Positions 52,001-64,000 of a DNA stretch of 64,000 nt are shown here, one piece after another (positions within the stretch are counted from its first letter, which is position 1; the number at the start of each line of letters is the position of its first letter). The position numbers and the translations under genes were made by a program. The notes below the pieces were generated by a model. It was not told the origin of the DNA. It searched no databases and saw only the letters and a program-made list of their open reading frames with translations. Origin of the DNA: Phoronis australis (taxonomy: Eukaryota; Animalia; Phoronida); assembly GCA_002633005.1 (NCBI GenBank), contig NMRA01000871.1, positions 26,313 through 90,312 on the forward strand, in the 5' to 3' direction.

Positions 52001-55000
52001 AATAATTACGTACACCATGAACGCATGGCAAAGAAGAAGAAAAATTAAGGCTGGCTTTATGCCCAAACCAACTGTAATTTTTTCTCTCATGTTCTCTCAC
52101 TTGTAAATCACTGATTTCCAACATGAATGCGATGTCGTCAGGATCATTTGATTTGAGCATTATACTCAGTTAACAGTGGTAACCTACTTTAGCAGACGAT
52201 ATTTTTCCAGTCCAAACTTAGCGTGATAAAATGTGTACTAAGCTATAATATTTGCTAAACCTTAATTTATAGATTCAATTTATTTGTATTTTGTGTAAGT
52301 TTTCAATTGGTTTAGAGTGAAGGCATTATTTGACAACAATACCTCGGCTTCTCTTAAAAGGTCACGACCTCAAACCCCGGGCCTCTGACATTTAAAATAG
52401 TTACAAAGCCGAGACGAGTCAAGAGAGGTAGATTGATTCATTGCTATGTTTCTAGTTCAGGATGAGGTTTAAATAGATTATTCTATGTTCTCAGTCTTAA
52501 CCCCCTTATCTAGAGCCCTGTGTGGATTTTGTAGAATTATCACCCTCGGGGCTAACGCCCCTTGGGCGATACCTCTCCAAATCGACTCGGGCTCTAGAAT
52601 ACGGGGGATAACTACTTCCCTATGTAATGTTATATACATCTGTCTATCAGTTAATCTTGATTTCAGGTTGCAGTCTTAAGATTCTAGCTACGTTGACTTT
52701 ATCGTGTGACTCTCAGTTCGACAAAAATTCTGATCTGTAAGTTTCATGATTCCAAGCTTAGCGGTTTTTCAATAATTGCTTATCCTTTTATTTTTGGACA
52801 ATATTTGCATATATTGTTAATACATGGGTATCTAGTGTAGCTATATGTAGTAGCAACACAGGTCAGGGAAATTTGATAACCCCGGCCATAACGCGTGCAA
52901 GTGCACACTTATGAAACTTCTCCGAATTGAGCATGTGTATTAATTTAAATTGCATGAATAAGAAGAAACGAAATCACTTGCTATGTTTTTTTAAATTTTG
53001 AAACAGAAAGGATAATTACGAAGGCACAATACCTCCAAAAATGTATAATTTTAAACTGTAATTGAGGATTGAAAATCCGTTAATACGAATTGACAATCAC
53101 TGATTCCGGATTTGCATCTAACACTATGGATTGACAATTCGTAATAACAATTATCAGTTTTAATAAGTTTTTCTATTACTACTTTGTACAAAGCATTAAA
53201 GTCAATGCAAATTTGTTCAAAAATTTGTATGCAGTTTTTATAAAGTAATTAATTTCTAATGCTCTGTTGGTTGCATGTGGTGTCATTTCTGAAAAGAAAT
53301 GTTTTTATTGATTTTTAGCACAGACTATGTCTGCCCCAAGAAAAATTGTCCCAGTGGAGGGGTCGTGTATGGAACGTATAGTTACACGAGCGTAAGTCGA
53401 TGTTTCCGAACTCGATAAAAGTTCATTAAACTTCGCTAATGATAGTCTGCAACAGGGCCAGAGGCTGCTTGTGTTTGGCCTCTCCCCTTACAGTGCATTT
53501 TGGCGTGTACCTGTACAGTCTGTTCTCCACCTGTGCTACCTGATAGAAATAGTGTGCAGTTTGTCTTGAGGAAGGTTTAGTGACAATAAACCGAAACTTC
53601 GATTAATGCAATGCCGTTGTTTGCATGTGCGTTGACATTGAAGTTCGTAGACCAGTTAGCTTATGTTTTACCGGAACTTTTGATTTTAAGCACCGTATGG
53701 CTACATTTGTTCCACGTATAAACAATGCTCTGCTCAACAGGATTCCAGGGTGTGCCGGTCGGCATGGCACGACGGACGTATATTACCGTGGAGTGACAAT
53801 GCTGCAGACAGAACGGTCAGATGGACGACCTGCACATACCGTTCTGAGTATTTCCTGTCACTTAGTTACGGGGCCGGACGAACTAACGGGTAAGTTAGTC
53901 AAATGAACGTTTCTAAGATCACGGGGAAGTTTCGCACACCACATCATTTTTTTTCAAAATTATTTAACTTTTCTGTTGTCGATGTTAGCGCTTTGGTGTG
54001 AAAAATTCCAAGGAAAATTCCAATGCACCGAGTTTGCAGCACCAACTGTAGCAAATATCCTATGGTTTTTTGAGTCTGTTGTGGCGTCCGTCACTCTATC
54101 AACCAAACCGCGCTTAAGTTGATTGTGAAAATTGCCATGTACGTTTTTACTATGTAGAGGACGGCTGACGATGATTTCCCCATGACTTCGACTACTGTGG
54201 TGCCTCCTAGTGAAATTTTTTGCGCCCATGTATGTATTTATAAAACCTCCGCAGGATATTACTAAATTTAACAAGTGTATTTATATGAAGTTAAGGTATT
54301 TCGCGCCACCTAGTGGGAATTTGTGTTGTTTCGAATCTGTTTTGGCGATTGCCCTCACTATCAACAAAACCATTCTAAGGTTGGTTTTGAAAATTGGCGT
54401 ATACATGTATGTCCTCAGTGTGAAGAGAATGGTTGACGATGACGACTTTGTCTGCTGTGGCGCTTCCTAGAGGCAGTTTTGTTTTGGTTTTCGTCCATAG
54501 CTATATCTCTTAAACACAAAGCAGGATCTTTATTGAATTTAGACGGATCCGACAAGCGCTGTGCCACCTAGTGGCAATTTCATTTTTTCTGTTTTGCTTG
54601 GTTTCTGAAAAGTTACATGACAGATTTGAATGAAATTCATAAGTAACTTTCTATTAAAGAAATGATGGCGTTAACCCCTTTTTGGATGGATTCGACGTAC
54701 ATTGTGCTATGCTGTAGCCCTTTTATGATACCAATAATGACTCCTATATGCACACCGTTCGTTGTGCCTTAATGGGTGCATTTTTACGCTCCTCGTTGCT
54801 CTTGTTTACGAAAAGTTACAAGGAAAATCCTCAGAAAGGTTATAAACCCAATGTCCCGGATTTAGCTATGATGTGCAGTTTAGTTTTCTTAGTTTGTGAT
54901 GATGAACACTGCAGGATAGTTCAAATCCCTTTCACCTCGTTTAGTTGTGAGGGATCGCGGCACTTGCCCATAATGAATCAATTTCTATTGGTTGTGGGCG

Positions 55001-58000
55001 TCTTACAAGTAAAGGAAACGACGTTTTTCGACAACGCGGTCTCTCATTTTAATGACAACATAGACCTTCGTTATGTCGGTACTGCTTAATATATTCATAC
55101 GCAAATATGTACGTGATGCGGCCCCGTGATTCATATCAAAGAAATATAATATAATTATGTTAAAATATAATATAATTATGTTAAAATATATAATTATGTT
55201 AAAATACAAGCACTATGTCAAGTTGTATCTTCAGTAGTGCACTTAATAATCATAGTTTTTTAACCAGGCTGGACTCTTCCATACGCGTCCGGAATATGTC
55301 GTGTAACCTTTGGTGACTGGTGTCACATTTCCATTTGGTTCAGGGTTCACACAATTCAAGTGTTGCCACTGCGATACTGGTGGGTCTGGGATGACACGCA
55401 GGTGAATGCGATTACGTCTTGATCTCTGACCGTCCGGGGGTTGGACTATTTATCTTCGGCGTTCTGGACAAATTTCCACGGCGGTAGCGGGTTCCCAATT
55501 TCTATAGATAGTGTCTTGCATGGTTACGTGTTTACCAAGGTATAAGGATGTAGACATCCTGCTCCTTTGTTAATGAACTATATTCTTCTGCATCTGGCGA
55601 GAAGCAAGATAAGACTGAGAATCGTCGGCATCTGCTGACATGTTTGGGAGCTTGCATAGGAGAGCATTGTTGATTCGGCGGTTGAAAAATATATCGGCAG
55701 GGCTCTTCAGTTTGTGGTCAACAGGAGTAGTGCCACATCGTAGCAGCGCAAGGTGGTTGTCTTGCTTGGACTGGATTGCCTTGAATATAATTCGTTTCAC
55801 TTTTCCACAAAACCATTGAATTGAGAATATGTAGGCGATGAAGTAATGTGTTGGCATTCTTCTCTTTCACAAATGACTTATAAGTAGCGCCAACGAAATG
55901 GGTACCATTGTCTGATCGTATTACAGCATGAATACCCACGAGGCTCCAGTGCTACTCGGTAACGTTTCCTATAACAGACGAGGTTGCCAGATTAGGGAGT
56001 AACTCAACTAGGTTGTTGACGTTTTGTGCTGACAACGATTCAAGGCCGCATTTAAGCGTTTCGGGAAGTCCGTACAGGCATACTCTCAGAGGCAAGTCGA
56101 ATTTGATCAGTAGTCAAAATGCTGCACCATGCCGAGTGTTAGTTAGCGTAACATTTCTCTCAACTGATTGGCTCTCCATCTTGTCAAGTTCCTCACGAGG
56201 TTGATTACGTATATGGATGAAGTATTTTCTGGGAGGATCAATGAACGGTGTTGCGCCAGGTTTTATGCATAGATAAACTTTTCCCGGCGGGTTACCAATT
56301 ATGTCAAAATGCTTTGGATACTTATGCTGTATATGTAGGTCGTTTACAGAAGTGATAATTAGGGCTCAATAGTCTGTTGTTGTGTGTTTGAGTTTTCTAC
56401 TGGTGATTTTGTGTTGCAGTCAACCGACTGTACATTTGCGATACGTGTGATAATGGTGAACTTTTCACAAGTTGGTAGACCAACAATGGCACCCTTGGTG
56501 TTCACTCAGTATATAGAATCTGCTTTTGGTACATGTATGTGCACCGCTGAAGTCAAACGCGGTGCTGTCGTAACCTTTTTGGCTGAGTCATTGTAAGCAG
56601 TCAATGTTGTGCTGCGTATACTGCTTACATGCTCGTTTTGAACATCTGGGAAGGCATGTCCATTGAGAAGCTTAGGGTACATTTAGTCGAAAAAATCGCA
56701 AGGGGTGTTCATTTCCCTCGGCACCAAAGTCAACGTTGCAGTAAAGTATACGGTTGAAAGCGTTTGTGTGGCCTTGGAGTTGAAAGTGGATCTTTACATA
56801 TTAAGTATTCTCCTCTACTCCTCGACAGACCTCATACGTACATGCATATAGTGTTGTACTCAATGTCTTGAAACTCGGTCGGAATTTGGTCGGTGTTGTG
56901 GTATTCACCGTTGTCCTAGGACAGCTTGTGAAAACGATGTTTGTTCTGTCGGTGTTGCGGCTTCAGTAGGATTTTGGTGGTTTGAGGGAGGTTGAGCTCT
57001 TGTGACAGGATGACTTTTGTGTGGACATAATGTAGACCAGTTGCGCATGTTACCACATGCATACCACGTTGCGTCTCCAGATGGGCAAAACTGTTTACCA
57101 CGCATGTGATCAAGGCCGAGGTATTTCGGGGTTTGTGTTTCTTGATGTCGGCAATCTCGTGACTGACCACAGTGGCTGACCTGCTAAGCACATATGCTTA
57201 AAGGAAAATGCCACCCGATTTAATGATGTCTTACCGTCTTAATCGGTATATATCCACATCTCGTGGTATACGGCCGATCTTACCTTGCCAAGAGGTATAG
57301 CGTTAACCACTGGGGAAGGTGAGAAAGGACGCAGCCATCGGTGGTTCCTCTGCAGAGTGAGTGCTGCTATGGTGCAGTGTATCTTCCCGCTTTTGCGAAC
57401 TACATGTATGAAGTTGCGAGGAAAGCGGGTATATTGTTTTTTCGATTTCTGTGAAAGCCCATAATGCTTCGGAAGTGGCTCCCGGTAGTGAAGAACGAAA
57501 AACACGCCGTTAATACCAAGTATGAGGCTGTGAAACTTCTCCGTTTCTGTCAATGGCCTGCACTTTGTCGGATTGGTTGTTGATCAGTTTTTGGTTATGG
57601 AGAATTGCAGTTAGCTATGAAAACATAATCAATTCCAATTAATTCAAGGTAACATAATGTTTTATATAACCTGTTTGGTGACTGACTCGTTCGTGAGGTT
57701 TCTGTTTGGTCCTCTGGGTGTAGGACGTTTTCGCCAATCGCTTTTCTCAGCACAAACGTCGTAAGCACACATCTGTTTAGATGCGGTGCAAAATCAGGAT
57801 GGTCCCTGAAACACATTTGCGCTTCTCCAAGAAGGCGTTTCACTTGCGGAATTTGATGACAGTAAACGCAAGCGTCAGTCGTTTCCATTATCATGCAGTT
57901 AGCGCCCTGACACCATGACAAGTCATTCAAACGGTTTTAGGAACTAGCCATATGTTCCGTTGTCCTGTCTGTGCACATTCTTGATCAGTGCATTCCTTTG

Positions 58001-61000
58001 AAACCTAATGATCGACCTGTGAAGTCTTTGTCGGATGAGCACTGGTCTAAGTCGGGATTGTGAGTTGCCACGTTGACATGTTGATTATTGTGCGTTCTAG
58101 CAGTTTCAAAATAAATTATTCTCACCCTAACCAATGTCTATATAAAACTGAAACAAAGTCTGTCTCGTTAGATTAAATTTTTAATGCCTCGGAGTGTTCA
58201 TGAGGCAAACGTTTCGAAACGTCAGCAATGAATAAATCACTGAGTTACTGGCTTTTGTTGCAATAAACCGACTAATTGACCGCGGGGCACCGAGACCGTG
58301 TGAGCGCATGCTAATCCAGTGTTTGTTGACAGAAAGCTGTTGTGAAACAATAACTCGTCCACTAAATCCACTAAATAATGACGAATTTCGAACTAAGAAT
58401 GGGAATGCATCCCAGGGTAATGTAACTGTGTGACTTAGAATCACCTCTGTGGTTTGTTAATTAGATCCAAAATAACTGCAACCCGTCCAATGAAGACTTC
58501 TTTAAAACGTTATGTCTGTGCACCACTCATGTAGTTCCTACTTGCAGGTATAATCGGGGTTGGGGCTGCAAGAAATTTGTTTCGGCGCGAAAGTTGGGTT
58601 AGTAATCATATTTGGTCATTTCTTAATTCTGAAAGTCTTTCAGATGAATGTTCTATGTTTTTATTGCTAGAGAAATATATATACATCGTTCACGTAATCC
58701 GTAATTGAAGCATGAATAATGAGTGTTCTTTTAAACTTAACCTGATGCTACAGTGTAGCATTCTGTTTTAGTTTGCCCCTAACGTTTATTAATATTTTGT
58801 ACAAGGTGCCCGGATGTCTATTCACTGGTTGAAATATATTTCAGAACCACTCTACCTTCTCAGCACGCTTTCTTCAATGGGTTCTGGAACTGTCCGCGTG
58901 TACGGCGGAAGTAACGTTGACCTGGCCACTGACGTCATATCCGCCAGTGTATATGACCCAACAATCGCAACATCTTCACCACCAACGGAAGTACTCTCCA
59001 GCCATGCTGTAGAATATAAAGAGTACCGCATACACACTGGTGCTAATGTCTTCACGACTACCGGAATCAAAGAAAACTTGTATTCCAGAATCGTGAATAT
59101 TAACTACGGTAACTACTCAGTCTTTACACAACAGGTATTTCAAATGATCACTTTCTGAGTTTTAGAATTATGCATTCTAGTCCGTTTGATATTCAAATGT
59201 ATACTTTCAGCCACAAACGTAAAAGTACATCACGCTTTTCTGGTTTCAATCCTTTAGAACGCTGTCTTTTGAGCAGATTTTGTTAAACTTGTATATTAAC
59301 TTGATATTAGGTGTTTGCTATTCTGAGCCTCATATCCACGGAAAACTAGGCCGCGCGTTCGGGCATAGATATCGGTGGATTTTTCACTTTGTTTTTCTTT
59401 CTCATAATGATAACCATTTATCGATAACCATTTGATGGGGGAACAAGGTACGATATCCGTTCGATCTGTACTATTAAATCCAACAAAGTCGCAACAAAGG
59501 AAGACAATGTAGCGTTCCATATAAGCGATAACCATTTGACGCGCTTACGCCCGTCACATGGATCTCGCAAGTTAAACAATACGACATCATTTGGCATGAC
59601 AGGACGAAAAGTCGGCGCTTAACAATAAATGGGTTGAAGCTGTACAGTCGATAGATAAATTGACATTTCGAGTATAGAGCTTTAATTAAATTGGAGTTGA
59701 GACTAGAAGTTATTGCTTTAATGTTGGTCATCGAGGACAAACTTTAATTTAACAGTCAGGCAACACAGTTATAAGTACTAAGTTTGAGTTTGGGTAGAAC
59801 GGAAAATAGGCAAAAATAATGCCGTGTTCGACTTTGAGGTACAAAAACTTGACCACAGGGTTCATTGAGGTTACCTACTGTCATCATTGCATACTTGTCC
59901 CACGCTACTATGAAAAGCCAAAATAACAAAACATTTCAGCAAAGGCACATTTTTGCCAAACTACATGTAAACCGTCTGATACTTAGAAAAATCACATTCC
60001 ATTAGTTCCAAAACTTCTTTCAAGCATCAAGACTTTCACGTTTTTTGGCGAACAGTGTCGAGCCAAATATGTTTACGAACGTTACAGTCTCCAGTTGCCT
60101 CCAGGTCATTAGCAATCATCAAAGGCAATAGTTTCCACTGAGTTGTTGGAGCTTGTTCATGGCCATGTCATTTTATGCTCACCAATCCCTGTCATCAGGG
60201 TTACTATTTCCATTCAGGTAACGTCACACTGTCTGGAGCAGAACAGTCGTCGACACTCAGGCTTGTAAATTCCACGTCGTTGAACTGGACTGCTGACGCT
60301 GGGAAGGCCATTGACGGCAGCAGGTCTACAGACTTTATGAACGAAAAGTCGTGTTCTCACACTTTGAAGCGAGACAACCTGCAAAATCCGTGGTTAAGGG
60401 TTGCGCTTGATAGAATGTACAATGTACACGGCATTGAAGTGACGAGCAGAAATGGTTCGCGTGAGTCTCCATGACTGGAGTTCGTTTGTTTTATTATATA
60501 GAAGTTGAAAGCAACACCAGTTGAATACATGCTGATATACTGGGTGAACCAAAATGTTCCCCAATGTCAGTTTTCTTCAGTGGCATTTAAACCAGTCCAT
60601 CAGCTTATTACTGAAAGTGTATTTTCTTCGGTCCGGTAACTCAAATCTCACATTTGAAGTTACTGCAATAGTATAATAAAACGGCCCTCTATCACACAGT
60701 GTATCTTGAGTTCCCGGTATTTACTCACGATACCGGGAATCCGTCAAGCACCTTGTTTTCTCGCCATTGGAGTTTCTCATGTTAGTTGTTGGTGCTTACT
60801 CGTCTATACTATTGGTAACCATTTTTTGAGGATGCAACTCCAACGGCAGAATGCTGTATCAATTGGAGTTATCGGAGGTTCGATGTTTTCCCGCATGGTT
60901 ACGGGTATAAGCTCGACATTTTATGAATCAAGGCCAATGTAATAACATTATTAATATCGTTTGGACAAAACAGTTCTATCTAATACCGCCGTATTACATT

Positions 61001-63675
61001 CTCATTTACTTATCTCATAGAGGCAAGAATAGATGCTGTCAAATACTTCTTTAACGCGTCCACGAAATGTGATTTGTCTATATTTTTCTAATGTCAATGA
61101 AGAACTTTTATCTTGTAGTGTCTTTAAAATGTAGCAAATGCAGATAAAAACTCCCCCAGCCCACTGAATAAGGAGTAGACTGGGAGGAATCATTGACGTC
61201 ATCAGTGTTAAATTGCACGAATTTACTCCAAGAGATTAGGTCTACAATTTCAAGTACACCTTTGATAGAATGTTAATTAGCAAATACATGTTCGCCATCA
61301 AGTAAATTATGACTGGGAGTTTTTTTTCAGTAATGCCTTTCACTACTGTTAGAATGATAACTGCGTTTGTCGTCGTGTATGTTTAGATGATTGCAAGAAG
61401 ACACAACTAGGAAAAGACTACATGGGGACAGTCAGCAAAGATAACAATGGCCACACATGCAGAAAGTGGAACGATTCGAGGTGGCCTCATCTAAATGTAC
61501 TAGAAAATTATTGTCGGAATCCCGATGCCACCTCAGGTGGACCGTGGTGTTCCCGTCAAAGAGACATCTGGGAATATTGTGATGTGAGCCTGTGTTCAGG
61601 TATGGAATTGGCTTGCTGCTACGTATGAGGATGTGGTCATGTATTGCACACAGACACTGTTGTCTTTTTAAACTATTATTAGACTTTGCGACTCCGAGAT
61701 AAACTGCGAGAGTTTTCATTGAGAATGTCCAGCTGCTTGTGTTTTGACCTAACATCTGGCACAGCGCCACCTACAAGTATAGTGAGAAGTACAGTGTAGC
61801 CCTGTGGAAAGAGATGAACAACACACACATTTCCGCGTGGGGGCATCAATGCGCATACTTGGGTAAAAAGTATACCGATCACATCGCCCCACTTGCGTAC
61901 ACATTTTTGCACTTGATTGGGCTTAAATCACTGCATCGGGACTCCCTTGATTTTGTTTACATCGATCACTGCCCGTTTAAATGAATTGCAGCAAAGTCAA
62001 AGGTGGTCGCCAAGCTACGTAGCAATAAACTGAAAGAGGTTCTTCCAGATTACAACCGCGGGACTGAGTGTTATGACGTCGGTTCCAATGAGAAGTCATG
62101 TTGAACAGTACTATACAGTGCTACATGTAACTTTCGCATCACTGTGAAAGATTGTGAGTTTTGACCGAGCGCTGATAAGTTGTAATTATCAAATCGAATC
62201 TAATTTCACTGCTTCGTTTCCATTTTGGTATTTTGATTCAACAACACATTTTCACGCCATAAAATCATGTTACACATGAAACGTTTAGGCCCTAACAGGC
62301 GTTTCGGTTTACGTAACTTTCAAGAAAATATTCGTAACTTCGAAGCTTAAGAATGCGTGTGTGTTTGTGTGCCTGTGTGTGTGTGCGTGTTTTTTCTGTG
62401 TGTTTGTGCATACGTGTGCGTTTGCGCACGCGCGTGTGTGTTCTGCGCGTGTCTGGTTCTATATCTCATTACTCTTTTCAATTATTAGTATAATAATCGT
62501 TCATTTGCGCAGTGTTTACTTGTTGCCCGTGTGTCATTTTTGTTGCTTCTTAACCTCTTTGCTTCATTTCAATTTGATGTTACTTTACCGTTTTGTTATT
62601 TTATGCATTTTGGTAACACTCTTAGAATTAAAGACATGTATTTAACTTGTCAGCTATTCGAAATGATAATTACTGATAAATTATCCTTTCTTTCTGGCAT
62701 AATCCTCAAGAGCTGCTCAAGAGCTGCTCAAGAGCTTTCTTGTGATATGATAATTATGTTTTAGTGACGGTAAAATGCATAGTAAAAGACACACTGGAAA
62801 AAACAAAGGCAAACAAATTTCACGCATGCGCAGCGCAACCTCAGCAACGCAAGTTAGGAGTTGGCGTGCCACGCCTAGAATACTATGATTCAAGTGACAA
62901 CATGAAAGCCAGTGTTGTTTTATACCCCTGTATTCGACAGACTATATTTAACAAGTCTTGCAATCTAAACACAAGGAACTAACACTATACTGATCGCAAT
63001 GCTAACTGGAGAATATTTCAACCTGCAAATATATCAACATGTAATGTTTTGCTACAGAATGTTTTGTGTATGAGATACTTATGCCACAGATTGTGATTTT
63101 GATTCTAGTTAAAGGAGAGTCGCATAGCGCAATGTGGCTGGCATAGTAATGTTTGGATGTTCAAATGTTTCAAAACACTTACAATAGAAGAATTGGGATT
63201 GCTTTTGGAACATCCACTTCCGAAATTCAAAAAGAGAGAACTGTCAGCACCAATCGCGCCAATTGGTAACCCCGTTGTGAGGAATATGGTTTATATGTTA
63301 ATTGCACCGCGAATCATGAGTCCATCTCATTGTAACTAGATCACACTAGCAAATTATACTAAATTGTCATGAAATGTGATATGTTATCAACAGAAACAAA
63401 ATAATGAAGTTCTTCGTGCCTATATGTAGATCTCACCGAGTCCCTGAGAGATTTCCAAGTCCTGGTCTCCAATGCAAGTGACACGCCACCAGCGACCTCT
63501 ACCGACGCTCTGTGCAAACACCACACCGGCACGATCAGTGACGCCACTACTGTGTATATAGCTTGTGACCGTCCAGTCACTGGGAGATATCTGTACATCA
63601 TTAAGAACGGCAACAGCAAATCAGAAACACTGTCATTATGTGAGGTGGGAGTAACGGGAATACCAATCAGTGCAG
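49052..63675 (+). CDS. Gene 2: secreted/cell-surface mosaic protein (signal peptide, unassigned module, F-type lectin domain split by a kringle exon); 3'-partial
   Basis: Six phase-1-compatible exons: 49052-49097, 58548-58592, 58845-59108, 60218-60460, 61387-61599, 63430-63675. The last three are supported by domain motifs; the first three are less certain. Confidence 0.75.
52100..52630. mobile_element. Second copy of the 3340-4435 repeat family
   Basis: Colinear similarity with 4000-4430 (GTGGTAACCTACTTTAGCAGACGAT, CTTAAAAGGTCACGACCTC, CTCGGGCTCTAGA...GGGGGATAAC). Confidence 0.8.
55143..55206. repeat. AT-rich minisatellite, about 3 copies of ~21 bp
   Basis: AATATAATATAATTATGTTAA repeated. 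Confidence 0.85.
55260..57190 (-). mobile_element. Degenerate Ty3/Gypsy LTR retrotransposon fragment (gag knuckle, protease, start of RT, integrase)
   Basis: Minus-strand remnants in gag-pol order: CPSGDATWYACGNMRNWSTLC (decayed zinc knuckle), VDFGAEGN (protease-like), KPGATPFIDPPRK (RT start), IRSDNGTHF and ALLRCGTTP...SPADIFFNRRI (integrase), RRNRIHLR. Many frameshifts; most of RT/RNase H appears deleted. Confidence 0.8.
57198..57960 (-). mobile_element. Decayed fragment encoding a P2X7-ballast/Nanor-like Cys-rich domain, with a Kolobok-like TTAA-AGG terminus
   Basis: LSWCQGANCMIMETTDACVYCHQI...CFRDHPDF...LNRCVL and SPSPVVNAIP resemble the WCxCxxCxxM...CC...HxxF...LPSCVVxAIR pattern; TTAAAGGAAAATGCCACCC at 57198. 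Confidence 0.55.
58548..58592 (+). CDS. Gene 2 candidate exon 2 (end of signal peptide)
   Basis: cttgcag|GT ATA ATC...; the join gives MVYYKSSLVALLHLLGIIGVGA/ARNLFRRE, a plausible signal peptide with VGA cleavage; the donor A|gttggg is weak. Confidence 0.45.
58845..59108 (+). CDS. Gene 2 exon: unassigned Cys-free extracellular module
   Basis: ttcag|AA CCA..., open frame with coding-like composition; donor TAC G|gtaact (alternative donor CAG|gtattt after 59133). Confidence 0.6.
60218..60460 (+). CDS. Gene 2 exon: F-type lectin (FTP/fucolectin) domain, N-half
   Basis: AEQSST...AGKAIDGSRSTDF...SCSHT...NPWLRVALDRMYNVHGIEVTSR; donor C|gtgagt. Confidence 0.9.
61387..61599 (+). CDS. Gene 2 exon: kringle domain
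   Basis: tttag|AT GAT TGC ... TCA G|gtatgg; DCKKTQLGKDYMGTVSKDNNGHTCRKW...ENYCRNPD...GPWC...WEYCDVSLC, six Cys. Confidence 0.93.
62354..62452. repeat. Imperfect (GT)n microsatellite
   Basis: GT/GC mixed run. Confidence 0.85.
63430..63675 (+). CDS. Gene 2 exon: F-type lectin domain, C-half (missed by the ORF track)
   Basis: tgtag|AT CTC ... GCA G|gtacat; SLRDFQVLVS...LC...IACDRPVTGRYLYI...TLSLCEVGV. Confidence 0.88.
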
Positions 63676-64000
63676 GTACATGTATTGAACGGATACAGAA
63701 TTGTACGAGCGTAACAGAATAAAGACTGTGAACAATGAAAAGTGTCTTGCATTTAACAAATTTTGTATAACCGAAAACTTGCTCCCGAAGTACAGCCAGT
63801 ATTGAACGGACAGTTTTTTATAAAAAGTAGATAGACTTCAATCGACCTTGGCCACAACATCAACGTCTTCGTGACATGACTGGTTGGCAGCTTAGTCGAA
63901 CCTTAAATTGTCGCAATGAAATACTGTTTTGCCAAAGATTGATCGCAGTTTAATTCGTACCAATGTTCAGTGGCGGATCTACGGGGGGGGGTTCAGGGGG

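Noticed and set aside
58195-58232. Additional hammerhead-like motifs (TTCATGAG...CGAAACGTC; also CTGACGAG near 33198)
   Set aside because: The core or stems are too degenerate to support a call.
61683-61870. Possible extra exon after the kringle exon
   Set aside because: All three frames from the AG at 61681-61682 hit stop codons, and no lectin or other domain motif is present.

Overview
AT-rich eukaryotic (animal, probably marine invertebrate) genomic DNA with GT-AG introns and a few N bases. It is not prokaryotic, and most short ORFs in the track are intronic noise. Gene 1 (+ strand, 5' end upstream of the window) is a receptor-type protein tyrosine phosphatase. I traced 34 phase-consistent exons from 429 to the stop at 36964 (6257 nt, about 2085 codons). 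They encode one EGF/laminin-EGF-like module, 12 FN3 repeats, a membrane-proximal FN3-like domain with an RRRRS furin-type site, a TM helix, a Pro/Tyr-rich juxtamembrane region, a D1 PTP domain ([10 protein letters not shown]), a D2 pseudo-PTP domain and a C-terminal YANF. Gene 2 (+ strand, about 49052 to beyond the window end) is a secreted or cell-surface mosaic protein. It has a probable signal peptide, an unassigned module and an F-type lectin (FTP/fucolectin) domain whose two halves are separated by a complete kringle exon. Introns and the intergenic region hold degenerate Gypsy, Copia and Kolobok-like fragments, MITEs, SINE-like pieces, an inverted pair of hammerhead-ribozyme-like motifs and microsatellites. 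Notable oddities are the kringle inside the lectin, a triplicated splice donor in the D1 catalytic exon, a duplicated terminal exon across an N, and strong enrichment of TACATGTA.
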